From: Fidelibacterota bacterium
GTDB taxonomy: Bacteria; Fidelibacterota; Marinisomatia; Marinisomatales; Marinisomataceae
DNA length: 48,180 nt
Reading direction: 5' to 3'
Assembly (NCBI GenBank): GCA_017856055.1
Contig: JAFMFP010000003.1
Location: 1 to 48,180, forward strand
Shown here: positions 28,164 to 37,049 of the stretch, piece after piece
Position numbering within the stretch: the stretch's first letter is position 1
How the letters are laid out: each line of letters starts with the position of its first letter
The notes under the pieces: model-generated
Told to the model about the DNA's origin: nothing
The model's input: the letters and a program-made list of their open reading frames with translations, nothing else
The model's database searches: none
Position numbers and translations under genes: made by a program

Positions 28164-29610
28164 TCGCCTACTAACTTCAAATTTTATAATCATTTTTTTT
28201 CTTGTAGGATTAAATGGTCAAAATAATGATTCAGTTTTTAAGAAGAATGTACTAGATAATCCTGAAGTAAGTTTTTTAACTAGTTATTATAGCCAAGATG
28301 GTGATCATGCTTCAGTAACTGGAGGAATTGGTACAGAAAAACTAACAGATTTTACTCCAACAGTTATTATAACTATGCCACTTAATCCCGATGAAGTTTT
28401 GACATTTGAAGTTGGAATTTCGGCGTATTCTTCAGCATCCTCAAGCAATGGAAATCCTTTTGATATATCTGGTTCATCTGCTGGCTATGATGATGATGAT
28501 GACTATGATGATGATAATGAAAATTATACTGGTGGTGGTCAAAAAATTGGAACTCCCTGGATAGAATCATCTGGTGCGTCTGCTAGCGATATTTGGTCAA
28601 CTATTGTTGTAGATCATTCAAAATATTCTGAAGACAGAAATCAAATAACTAATAAGAATTTTTCAATTGCTAATGAGTACGATTATAACTCAATAGGTTT
28701 TGGCGGGGGAATCACTAAGCTATATAATCAGAAAAATACTTCTTTATCTTTTGCAGGAAAAATTTTTATTGATAAATGGAATCCGGTATATCCTACTGAA
28801 TTAAAAGCCTATTCTGATGAAAAAGGAGATTTAACTAATGGATATTTTTCTGGTGTAGATATTTTAGATTCTACAGGTCAAAAGTCTACGAACTGGGCTC
28901 CCAAAAATAATTTTAATCTTATTGAAAATGAATGGAGAAACTCATATTCAATTTCATTAAGTGGAAGTCAGATTGTCAATGAGAAATTTCAATTTTCACT
29001 TTTTATGGACCTAGTTTATCAAAAAGGTTGGTTAGCTAACCCTCTACAAAGAGTATACTTTTCTGATATTGATAATTATTACATAGGTAATAGTGAAAAT
29101 ATTATTAACTATACTTCCAAATCTAATACAGATGTGTTTCAATTAGCTGATGATATTGAGCGATTACCTTCTTCACGATTTAAATCTCCCTTTGGATTTC
29201 AATCAAGTTATTACATCAATGAAAAACTTGTTTTTAAAAACTATTTTAGAAGATATCAGGACGATTGGGGTATTACCTCCAATACATATAATGTCGATCT
29301 TCCCATTAAATTAAATGAAAGCTTCACTATATACCCTGCCTATCGAAAATATACTCAAACCAAATCTGATTTTTTTGCTCCTTATGAATCGCATTTATCT
29401 ACTAGCCAATTTTACACCTCTGATTATGATTTATCAGAGTTTTCATCTGAACAATTTTCATTTGGAGTAGGTTATACTGATATTTTTACCAATAGAAAAT
29501 TATTTAACTTAGGTTTAAAGAGTGTAAACCTGAATTTCAGTAATTATATAAGAAGTGATGGTTTAGATGCTTCAATCTTTTCTATTTCTTTTGATTTTGA
29601 GGTGAACTAA
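28150..29610 (+). CDS. DUF3570-family outer-membrane beta-barrel-like protein (putative flavinylation substrate)
   Basis: GTG 28150 behind GGAGG gives signal peptide MVAINRLLTSNFIIIFFLVGLNG; SYYSQDG..AVTGGIG-like segment, SAYSSASS, SSGAS, ERLPSSR, YQDDWG and TSDYDLS motifs; aromatic beta-strand C-terminus. Confidence 0.82.
   Translation: MVAINRLLTSNFIIIFFLVGLNGQNNDSVFKKNVLDNPEVSFLTSYYSQDGDHASVTGGIGTEKLTDFTPTVIITMPLNPDEVLTFEVGISAYSSASSSNGNPFDISGSSAGYDDDDDYDDDNENYTGGGQKIGTPWIESSGASASDIWSTIVVDHSKYSEDRNQITNKNFSIANEYDYNSIGFGGGITKLYNQKNTSLSFAGKIFIDKWNPVYPTELKAYSDEKGDLTNGYFSGVDILDSTGQKSTNWAPKNNFNLIENEWRNSYSISLSGSQIVNEKFQFSLFMDLVYQKGWLANPLQRVYFSDIDNYYIGNSENIINYTSKSNTDVFQLADDIERLPSSRFKSPFGFQSSYYINEKLVFKNYFRRYQDDWGITSNTYNVDLPIKLNESFTIYPAYRKYTQTKSDFFAPYESHLSTSQFYTSDYDLSEFSSEQFSFGVGYTDIFTNRKLFNLGLKSVNLNFSNYIRSDGLDASIFSISFDFEVN
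28486..28527 (+). repeat. (GAT)n low-complexity tract encoding YDDDDDYDDDNENY
   Basis: tatgatgatgatgatgactatgatgatgataatgaaaattat. Confidence 0.8.
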
Positions 29611-31412
29611 TGATAAAAAAAATATTTTATTCTCTGTTATTTTTAACTACTGCCTTTTCTCAATTCAGAGAACCTATCAATATTAACTTTTCTTATAATG
29701 ATAATATTACTTTAGGCGAAGTTGTTGAATTAGAAATAAATATCAGTCTTGAGGAAGGTTGGAAAATATATGCTGTATATGGTGTTGTTGGAGGACCCAC
29801 TCCTTCGAGTATTTCCGTAGATAGTCCTTTCATTGACAAAATTGGAAAAGTAATAGAGCCAATTCCTATCAAGGATTTTGATGAAGGTTTTCAAGTAGAG
29901 ACAAAATTTCATAAAGGTACATTTACTATGATTGTGCCAATTCAAATGTCTTCAAATATTTCCATTGGAGATCAGATCAGCTTTTTCCCTGAATTTGAGT
30001 ACCAAGTTTGCAATGAAACGATTTGTTATCCGCCTAATATTTTTTCTGAAGAGGTAATAATAAGCGTTATAAATGGAAATCCTAACCCTGCAAAACTTAT
30101 TTCGAATTTTGATTTTGATTCAGATTCTATTTTAAATATTGTGGATAATAATATTTTGTCTTTTCTAATTCTTGCGTTGAGTATGGGATTTTTGGCGTTA
30201 TTAACTCCATGCGTTTTTCCGATGGTTCCAATTACTATTTCCTATTTTACTCATAGGGCAGAGCATACCAATCAATCTGCAATAAAAGATGCTACGGTCT
30301 ATATGTTCGGAATTATAGGAACATTTACAGTTCTTGGAATGTTACTCGCAATTATTTTAGGTGCTTCTGGAGCAAATCAAATTGCAGCTAATCCCTATGT
30401 AAATATTTTTATAGCAGCTTTGTTTATTTATTTTTCTTTTTCTTTATTCGGATTTTATGAAATCGAGATACCTGAGAGCTTAAGAAGATTCTCATTACAG
30501 AAAGAAAGCTCTAAAGGCTATTTAGGAATCTTATTTATGGCATTAACATTTACCTTAACTTCTTTTACTTGTACCGTGCAATTTATGGGGCTGATTCTTG
30601 TCGCTGCTTCTCAAGGAGAATGGTTTTGGCCCATTATTGGAATGTTAGTTTTTAGTACTGCTTTTGCATCTCCTTTTTTCTTTTTAGCATTATTTCCAAA
30701 ATATCTAACTCAATTGCCCCAATCTGGAAGTTGGCTCAATAATGTGAAGGTTGTCATGGGTTTTCTAGAATTAGCTGCAGCATTTAAATTTATAAGCAAT
30801 TCTGACTTAGTATGGAATTGGAATATTTTTTCATATGACGTAGTTCTCTTTCTTTGGTCTGTACTTATGTTATTGACTGCAGTTTATTTATTCGGACTAA
30901 TAAGATTTAGACACGATTCCATTCAACCTCTAACTAGTAAAAAAGCTTTGATTGCATCAGTATTTTTAATTTTTTCACTGTATTTGTTCTCGGGTAATTT
31001 GGGATACTCCATTAATGGAACAATTCAATCATATTTACCTCCGAAAAAAGCAAGTTCGAATTTATTATGGGTAAATACCCTTGATGAAGGATTTCAAAAA
31101 GCTCAAGAAGAAAACAAAAATATTTTTATTGATTTTACAGGGGTAACCTGCACCAATTGTCGATGGATGGAAACCAATATTTTTACGATTAATTCAATTG
31201 AAGAAAAATTACAAAAATACGTTTTAGTCAGTTTATATACAGATTCAGGAAAAGATTTTAATCAAAAGAGACAATACCAAATAGAGCGATTTAAAACTGC
31301 AGCCCTTCCTTTTTATGTAATCCTTGATCCTAATGATAATATTATTGATACTTTCCCTGGATTGACTAGAGATAAAAAAGAATTTGAGTCTTTTTTAGAT
31401 AAAGGATTATAA
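29610..31412 (+). CDS. dsbD: thiol:disulfide interchange protein DsbD
   Basis: Alpha domain YQVCNETICYPP; TM domain LTPCVFPM and SFTCT; gamma domain FTGVTCTNCRWME. Confidence 0.92.
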   Translation: MIKKIFYSLLFLTTAFSQFREPININFSYNDNITLGEVVELEINISLEEGWKIYAVYGVVGGPTPSSISVDSPFIDKIGKVIEPIPIKDFDEGFQVETKFHKGTFTMIVPIQMSSNISIGDQISFFPEFEYQVCNETICYPPNIFSEEVIISVINGNPNPAKLISNFDFDSDSILNIVDNNILSFLILALSMGFLALLTPCVFPMVPITISYFTHRAEHTNQSAIKDATVYMFGIIGTFTVLGMLLAIILGASGANQIAANPYVNIFIAALFIYFSFSLFGFYEIEIPESLRRFSLQKESSKGYLGILFMALTFTLTSFTCTVQFMGLILVAASQGEWFWPIIGMLVFSTAFASPFFFLALFPKYLTQLPQSGSWLNNVKVVMGFLELAAAFKFISNSDLVWNWNIFSYDVVLFLWSVLMLLTAVYLFGLIRFRHDSIQPLTSKKALIASVFLIFSLYLFSGNLGYSINGTIQSYLPPKKASSNLLWVNTLDEGFQKAQEENKNIFIDFTGVTCTNCRWMETNIFTINSIEEKLQKYVLVSLYTDSGKDFNQKRQYQIERFKTAALPFYVILDPNDNIIDTFPGLTRDKKEFESFLDKGL

Positions 31413-31441
31413 GGGAACAATTTTAGTTTTAAGTGGTATTA
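31413..31441 (+). promoter_or_regulatory. putative ECF-sigma promoter GGGAAC-N17-GTATTA
   Basis: Immediately after the dsbD stop and upstream of degP ATG 31466. Confidence 0.4.
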
Positions 31442-31465
31442 GTAAAAAATAATTTAGGAAAGACA

Positions 31466-32854
31466 ATGAAGAAAATTTTTTTTGGAATATTAATTATATC
31501 AAATATTTTTGCTCAATCATCCATATTGTCGCAATTTAGTGATTCATTCGCAAATATTGTTGAAGGAGCGAACGAATCTGTAGTGACTATCACCACTACT
31601 AATACCGTTTCCATGAGAGAATATTCTGATTATTTCAGAGGATGGGGAAGATATTTTCCTGAAGAATATGAATCTAAATCATTGGGATCTGGAGTTATTG
31701 TCGATGAAAAAAATGCATATATAGTGACAAATCATCATGTGATTTATGATGAGAGAAACGATAAACCTGTTGATCAAATTCAAGTAGAATTAATTGATAA
31801 AAGAGTATTTAAGGCGACAGTTGTTGGGCTAGATAAAGGATCTGATTTAGCAGTTTTACAAATTGATGCAAAAGATTTAAAAGCTATCAAAATTGGAGAT
31901 TCTGATAAAGTGCGTGTTGGAGAGTGGGTTTTAGCTATAGGAAGTCCATTTAGTGAAAATCTAAGCCATACTGTCACTGGAGGAATAGTCAGTGCATTAG
32001 GAAGAAATAATTTAATGTTAGGTGCAGATACCTATCAGGATTTTATTCAGACTGATGCAGCCATTAATCCTGGAAATAGTGGAGGAGCTCTTTTAAACCT
32101 AAAAGGTGAACTAATTGGAATCAATTCTGCTATCATTTCGGGTAATGGCCGCTCCAACGCGGGGATTGGATTCGCTATTCCAGCTCAAATGGTTCAAAAA
32201 GTGATGAACGATCTGATCGATAAAGGCTATGTTGTAAGATCATATCTTGGAATCTATATGCAAGATATTACAGAGGATCTTTATGAAGCTATGGATCTTA
32301 AAAATAGAACGGGAGCCATCGTCAGCGATATTGTTGAAGATAGTCCAGCAGAAAAAGCGGGTCTTGAAGAGGGAGATGTTATTTTTGAATTTGAGGACAA
32401 ATCTATTACTAATGGTGCTCAACTAAGAAATTTAGTTTCAGGTACTACCCCAGGAACAAAGGTAAAACTAAAGATTAATCGATCTGGTAAGGATAAATAT
32501 GTTTATGTTACACTTGAAGAACGAACAGAAACTCTTTTAGCATCTTCATCATCTAATACATTTAATGGCTTAGGATTAACAGTAAGAAATCTTTCCCAAG
32601 ATATTCTTGATCAATTTAAGATAGACTTAGATATTTCCGATATTAATGGAGTCATTGTAGTTGAAACAGAACAGAATAGTCCTGCTGATAAAGCAGGTTT
32701 AACTAAAGGGGATATCATCTTACGTGTTGGAAGATCTTTAGTTGATGGTCTCTCTTCATTTAAAGAGGAATTGCAAAAGTATGATGAAGATCAAAAAATT
32801 CTTATGTTAGTTCGTCGAGGAAATTCTTCTAGATATCTTACTATTCAGCGATAA
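31466..32854 (+). CDS. degP: HtrA/DegP-DegQ serine protease with 2 PDZ domains
   Basis: TNHHV, DLAVL and TDAAINPGNSGG catalytic motifs; two PDZ (SPAEKAGL, SPADKAGL); signal peptide from ATG 31466 with AGGAAAG RBS. Confidence 0.92.
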   Translation: MKKIFFGILIISNIFAQSSILSQFSDSFANIVEGANESVVTITTTNTVSMREYSDYFRGWGRYFPEEYESKSLGSGVIVDEKNAYIVTNHHVIYDERNDKPVDQIQVELIDKRVFKATVVGLDKGSDLAVLQIDAKDLKAIKIGDSDKVRVGEWVLAIGSPFSENLSHTVTGGIVSALGRNNLMLGADTYQDFIQTDAAINPGNSGGALLNLKGELIGINSAIISGNGRSNAGIGFAIPAQMVQKVMNDLIDKGYVVRSYLGIYMQDITEDLYEAMDLKNRTGAIVSDIVEDSPAEKAGLEEGDVIFEFEDKSITNGAQLRNLVSGTTPGTKVKLKINRSGKDKYVYVTLEERTETLLASSSSNTFNGLGLTVRNLSQDILDQFKIDLDISDINGVIVVETEQNSPADKAGLTKGDIILRVGRSLVDGLSSFKEELQKYDEDQKILMLVRRGNSSRYLTIQR

Positions 32855-32863
32855 CTAATCAAA

Positions 32864-32892
32864 TTGCAATAGTTCTTCATTTCTAATAAGTT
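32864..32892 (+). promoter_or_regulatory. putative sigma70 promoter (TTGCAA-N17-TAAGTT) for ileS, likely leaderless
   Basis: -10 box ends 7 nt before ATG 32900; no SD. Confidence 0.55.
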
Positions 32893-32899
32893 CTGACTT

Positions 32900-35800
32900 A
32901 TGAGTATTAAGAAAGAACAGCCAAAAATCAATTTTGTTCAAAATGAACATGATGTTCTTTCTTATTGGTCTAAACATCAAGTGTTTCAGAAACTCAAAGA
33001 GAAAAATTCCAATGGTCCTAAGTGGAGTTTTTTAGATGGTCCGATCACTGCTAATAATCCTATGGGTGTTCATCATGCCTGGGGTAGAAGTCTTAAAGAC
33101 TTGTATCAAAGATACAAGGCAATGAATGGATTTAATCTCCGTTATCAAAATGGATTTGATTGTCAAGGGTTGTGGGTAGAGGTTGAAGTTGAGAAAGAAT
33201 TGGGCATTAAGTCTAAAAAAGAAGTTGAAGAGTTAGGAATTGAAAAATTTGTTCAGCTATGTAAAGACCGAGTTACCAAATTTGCGAAAGTTCAAACTGA
33301 GCAATCTATTCGATTAGGATACTGGATGGATTGGGACAATTCATACTTTACAATGTCAGAAGAAAACAATTATGCAATTTGGTCGTTCTTAAAAAAATTA
33401 TTTAATGAAGGAAAAATATACAAAGGTTCCGATGTGGTTCCCTGGTCTGGAAGATCCGGTACTTCATATTCTCAAATGGAGATTATTGAGGGAAGAAAAT
33501 TAACTGTTCATAAAGCTGTTTTTGTCAAGTTTCCTCTACTGAATAAAAACAATGAAAGTTTATTAATATGGACTACGACTCCCTGGACTTTGTCTTCCAA
33601 TATTGCTGTCGCTGTAAACACTAAGCTTAAGTACTTAAAAATCAAGACCAGTGATAGCCAAATCTATTACCTTGCTAAAGAAAATCTCAAATATCAAAGG
33701 CTTGGAAAAGAGTTTTCAGAAAAGAAAAATTGGGTTGATGGTATCCCTAAATTGAAAACTCTTGATCAAATTTTTAAAGAGAGAGGTGGATATGAGATTA
33801 TTGATGAAATTGATGGAAGTCAGCTTGTCGGAGAAAAATATTCATCCCCCTTTGACTATATCGAAGCTCAACAAGCCAAAGGAGGATTTCCGCTAGATCC
33901 TCAGGCTACCAATAACAAAAGTGCAATTGATTGCCATCTTATTGTTGATGGTGGTAAAGATTCTGAAGGAAATGATATGGTTGTTGAAGGGGAGGGTACA
34001 GGATTTGTGCATCTTGCCTCAGGTTGTGGTTCCATTGATAATAAACTTTGTAAACAATTTGATTTTGTAAGTATTTCTCCCATTGATAATCAGGCAAATT
34101 TTATTGAGGGGTTTGATTTTATGTCAGGAAAGAGCGTCATAGATAAGGAAGTAATTCAACAAATTATCAATGATTTAAAAGAAAGAAAATTTTTAGTATA
34201 TGCTGAAGACTATCCTCATATTTATCCCCATTGTTGGAGATCAGGAGAAGAGCTTGTTTTTAAGCAAGTTGATGAATGGTATATCAACATGGACTGGAGA
34301 AATCAAATTAAAAAAATCGTGGATGATATCAATTGGATTCCATCATGGGGACAAGACCGTGAACATGATTGGTTGGATAACATGGGAGACTGGATGATTT
34401 CAAAAAAGAGATTTTGGGGTCTAGCATTACCAATATGGACATTCGAAGATGGAAGTTTTTATGTAGTAGGTTCTAAAAAAGAGTTGGAAGAACTTGCCAT
34501 TGAAGGCTGGGATCAATTTAAAGGAAAAACTCCTCATAGGCCTTGGATTGATAAAGTTAAAATAAAGCATCCTCAAACTGGTCTAATTGGTACTAGGATT
34601 CCTGATGTTGGAAATCCTTGGTTAGATGCAGGTATTGTTCCATTTTCTACTATGGGCTACTTTTCTGATAAAGATTATTGGAAAGAATGGTTTCCCGCTG
34701 ACTTTATTACTGAGTGTTTTCCAGGTCAATTTAGAAATTGGTTTTATTCTCTATTAGCTATGTCAGCATTTCTTGAAAATAAAGCACCTTTTAAAACTTT
34801 GCTTGGACATGCTTTAGTTAAAGATGAAAAGGGTGATGAAATGCATAAATCAGCTGGTAATGCTATTTGGTTTGATGATGCAGCTGAAGAAATGGGTGTT
34901 GATGTGATGCGATGGCTTTATGCTAGGCAGCCAGTTGAAAATAATCTGCTCTTTGGTTATGAAAAAGCCGATGAGGTAAGAAAAAAATTAATCGGATTCT
35001 GGAATGTCTATTCTTTTTATTGCACTTATGCAAAGTTAGATAATTTTAAACCATCAGAAGAATGGCTCCAAAAAGATCAATTGTCTTTGCTTGATGAATG
35101 GATTTTATCAAAACTTCATTTATTAATCGATGAGGCAAAACAGGATTTTGAGAATTTTAACGTTGATAAGTTTTTGAAAAAATTTGAGATATTTTTAGAT
35201 GAACTATCAAATTGGTACGTCAGACAGAATAGAAGAAGGTTTTGGAAAAGCGAAAATGATTCTGATAAAATGATTGCCTTTCAAACGCTTTATCATGTTT
35301 TAGTGCATCTTGTAAAAATACTTTCTCCTATTCTTCCTTTTGTTACTGAAAGGATGTTCTTGAATTTAACTTCTCAAGATCCTGAAGAAAATAAAACTAG
35401 CGTGCATCTATGTAGTTTTCCAGAATCCGATAGTAGATTAATTAATTCTCAGCTTGTTGATAAGATGGAGATTTTAAAGGTTATTATTGAAAACGGAAGA
35501 GCGGTAAGAAAAAAAGCAAATATTAAAATCCGTCAACCCTTATCAAGTTTGAAAATTTTTACTAGAAATCAGGATATACATTCATTCATAATTGAACAGA
35601 AACAATTGATTTTAGATGAATTAAATATTAAAGAAATTATTCTTGAAAAAGACGTAAAAAACATGGGAGTATTTAGCATCAAGCCTAATTTTAAATCATT
35701 ATCTCAAAAATTTGGAGATAAAATGTCAGAAATTATTAAGAATATCAATAGTCTTGATTCAAACATTGTTGTACAAAAATATTTTGATGGAGAAGCTTCT

Positions 35801-36187
35801 TTTGAATCAGAGAATGAATTATCTTTTGAAGACATAATTATTGATATTGAAAATTCAGAGTCTGAAGTAGCGTTTTTCTCAAAAGATAATGTTGTAAGCT
35901 TAAATATTGATATTGACGAAGAGCTAATGCATGAAGGGTTAGTAAGAGATCTGATAAGACATGTACAAACAATGAGAAAAGATGCAGAGTTAAATGTCGA
36001 GGATCGAATAGTTATCGGCTCTAAATTCTCAAAGCTTTTTAATGATGCATTATCAAAAAATAAAGAATATTTTATGAATGAAACTTTATGTTTGGAGATT
36101 GTAGAAAATCTAGAAAAATTTACTTATAATTCATCTTTTACTTTAGAAAATGAAAAATTTGAAATATTCATAAGAAAAGCAGATTGA
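32900..36187 (+). CDS. ileS: isoleucine--tRNA ligase, type 2
   Basis: DGPITANNPMGVHH, GFDCQGL, WTTTPWTL, DWMISKKRFWG and EMHKS motifs; 1095 aa with IleRS2-type C-terminus (IKIRQPL, ELNIK, EGLVRDLIR). Confidence 0.95.
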   Translation: MSIKKEQPKINFVQNEHDVLSYWSKHQVFQKLKEKNSNGPKWSFLDGPITANNPMGVHHAWGRSLKDLYQRYKAMNGFNLRYQNGFDCQGLWVEVEVEKELGIKSKKEVEELGIEKFVQLCKDRVTKFAKVQTEQSIRLGYWMDWDNSYFTMSEENNYAIWSFLKKLFNEGKIYKGSDVVPWSGRSGTSYSQMEIIEGRKLTVHKAVFVKFPLLNKNNESLLIWTTTPWTLSSNIAVAVNTKLKYLKIKTSDSQIYYLAKENLKYQRLGKEFSEKKNWVDGIPKLKTLDQIFKERGGYEIIDEIDGSQLVGEKYSSPFDYIEAQQAKGGFPLDPQATNNKSAIDCHLIVDGGKDSEGNDMVVEGEGTGFVHLASGCGSIDNKLCKQFDFVSISPIDNQANFIEGFDFMSGKSVIDKEVIQQIINDLKERKFLVYAEDYPHIYPHCWRSGEELVFKQVDEWYINMDWRNQIKKIVDDINWIPSWGQDREHDWLDNMGDWMISKKRFWGLALPIWTFEDGSFYVVGSKKELEELAIEGWDQFKGKTPHRPWIDKVKIKHPQTGLIGTRIPDVGNPWLDAGIVPFSTMGYFSDKDYWKEWFPADFITECFPGQFRNWFYSLLAMSAFLENKAPFKTLLGHALVKDEKGDEMHKSAGNAIWFDDAAEEMGVDVMRWLYARQPVENNLLFGYEKADEVRKKLIGFWNVYSFYCTYAKLDNFKPSEEWLQKDQLSLLDEWILSKLHLLIDEAKQDFENFNVDKFLKKFEIFLDELSNWYVRQNRRRFWKSENDSDKMIAFQTLYHVLVHLVKILSPILPFVTERMFLNLTSQDPEENKTSVHLCSFPESDSRLINSQLVDKMEILKVIIENGRAVRKKANIKIRQPLSSLKIFTRNQDIHSFIIEQKQLILDELNIKEIILEKDVKNMGVFSIKPNFKSLSQKFGDKMSEIIKNINSLDSNIVVQKYFDGEASFESENELSFEDIIIDIENSESEVAFFSKDNVVSLNIDIDEELMHEGLVRDLIRHVQTMRKDAELNVEDRIVIGSKFSKLFNDALSKNKEYFMNETLCLEIVENLEKFTYNSSFTLENEKFEIFIRKAD

Positions 36188-36195
36188 GGTGTGTA

Positions 36196-36603
36196 TTGAA
36201 AAAGAAATATAGCGTAAAGGAATTAAAAGAATTTAAAGAAAATATTCTTGAAAAAATTTATGAAGTGAATGATCAAATTGAAACTGTTCGTTCAACAACA
36301 AATAATTCTCGAAATATTTTTATGGAAGACAAAGGTGAGGATTTTGATGAGGGAACAGAGTCAAGTGAAGTTGAGAAAAGTTTTTTCCTTATGTCAAGAG
36401 AATCTGACTATTTAGTTAATCTAAAGAAAGCTTTGCAAAGAATTGAAGATGGATCATATGGAATTTGTGAAGTTTATCAAGAAGATCCTGATAAATGTCA
36501 ATGTTTAGAAAAACCATTAATAAGTAAGGAAAGATTAATTGAAGTTCCTAATGCAACAAAGGGTGTACTTTGTAAAGAAAAAAAGAATTTAAATCTAATA
36601 TAA
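36196..36603 (+). CDS. dksA: TraR/DksA family transcriptional regulator
   Basis: Coiled coil with acidic tip EDFDEG; ALQRIEDGSYGIC and ISKERLIEVPNAT motifs; between ileS and lspA; TTG 36196 behind GAGGT. Confidence 0.82.
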   Translation: MKKKYSVKELKEFKENILEKIYEVNDQIETVRSTTNNSRNIFMEDKGEDFDEGTESSEVEKSFFLMSRESDYLVNLKKALQRIEDGSYGICEVYQEDPDKCQCLEKPLISKERLIEVPNATKGVLCKEKKNLNLI

Positions 36604-37049
36604 TGCAATTAATACTTTTTGCATCTTTAGTGTTTTTAGACCAGCTTTCTAAGTTTTTTATTCACCTTAAGTTTTTTCTTTACGAAAGTATTCCAATCAT
36701 CCCTGGCATTCTCAATTTCACTTATATAAGAAATGAAGGTATAGCATTTGGAATAAATTTTACTGGTTCTAAACTTTTTTTTATCATAATACCAATCATA
36801 ATTACCTACTACCTTTATCAACTTTTAAAGGATAAAGATTTTCAAGATTATCAGTCTCAACTAGGCTTAACATTAATAATATCTGGTGCAGTAGGAAATA
36901 TCATTGATCGAATTTTTAGAGGTTATGTCGTTGATTTCATTGATTTTTATTGGGGAAATAATCACTGGTATGTATTTAATGTAGCTGACTCTTCTGTAAC
37001 CATAGGAATGATTCTATTATTGTTAAGCAATTTTATTAATAAAAAATGA
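36603..37049 (+). CDS. lspA: lipoprotein signal peptidase II
   Basis: DQLSK, NEGIAFG, GAVGNIIDR, VVDFI and FNVADS motifs. Confidence 0.96.
   Translation: MQLILFASLVFLDQLSKFFIHLKFFLYESIPIIPGILNFTYIRNEGIAFGINFTGSKLFFIIIPIIITYYLYQLLKDKDFQDYQSQLGLTLIISGAVGNIIDRIFRGYVVDFIDFYWGNNHWYVFNVADSSVTIGMILLLLSNFINKK

Noticed and set aside
28382-28570. Minus-strand 62-aa His-rich ORF as a metal-binding peptide
   Set aside because: It is the antisense reading (CAT)n of the (GAT)n Asp tract inside DUF3570.
26554-31412. Selenocysteine or recoded stops in the redox genes
   Set aside because: All redox motifs use Cys codons and the ORFs are full length under the standard bacterial code.
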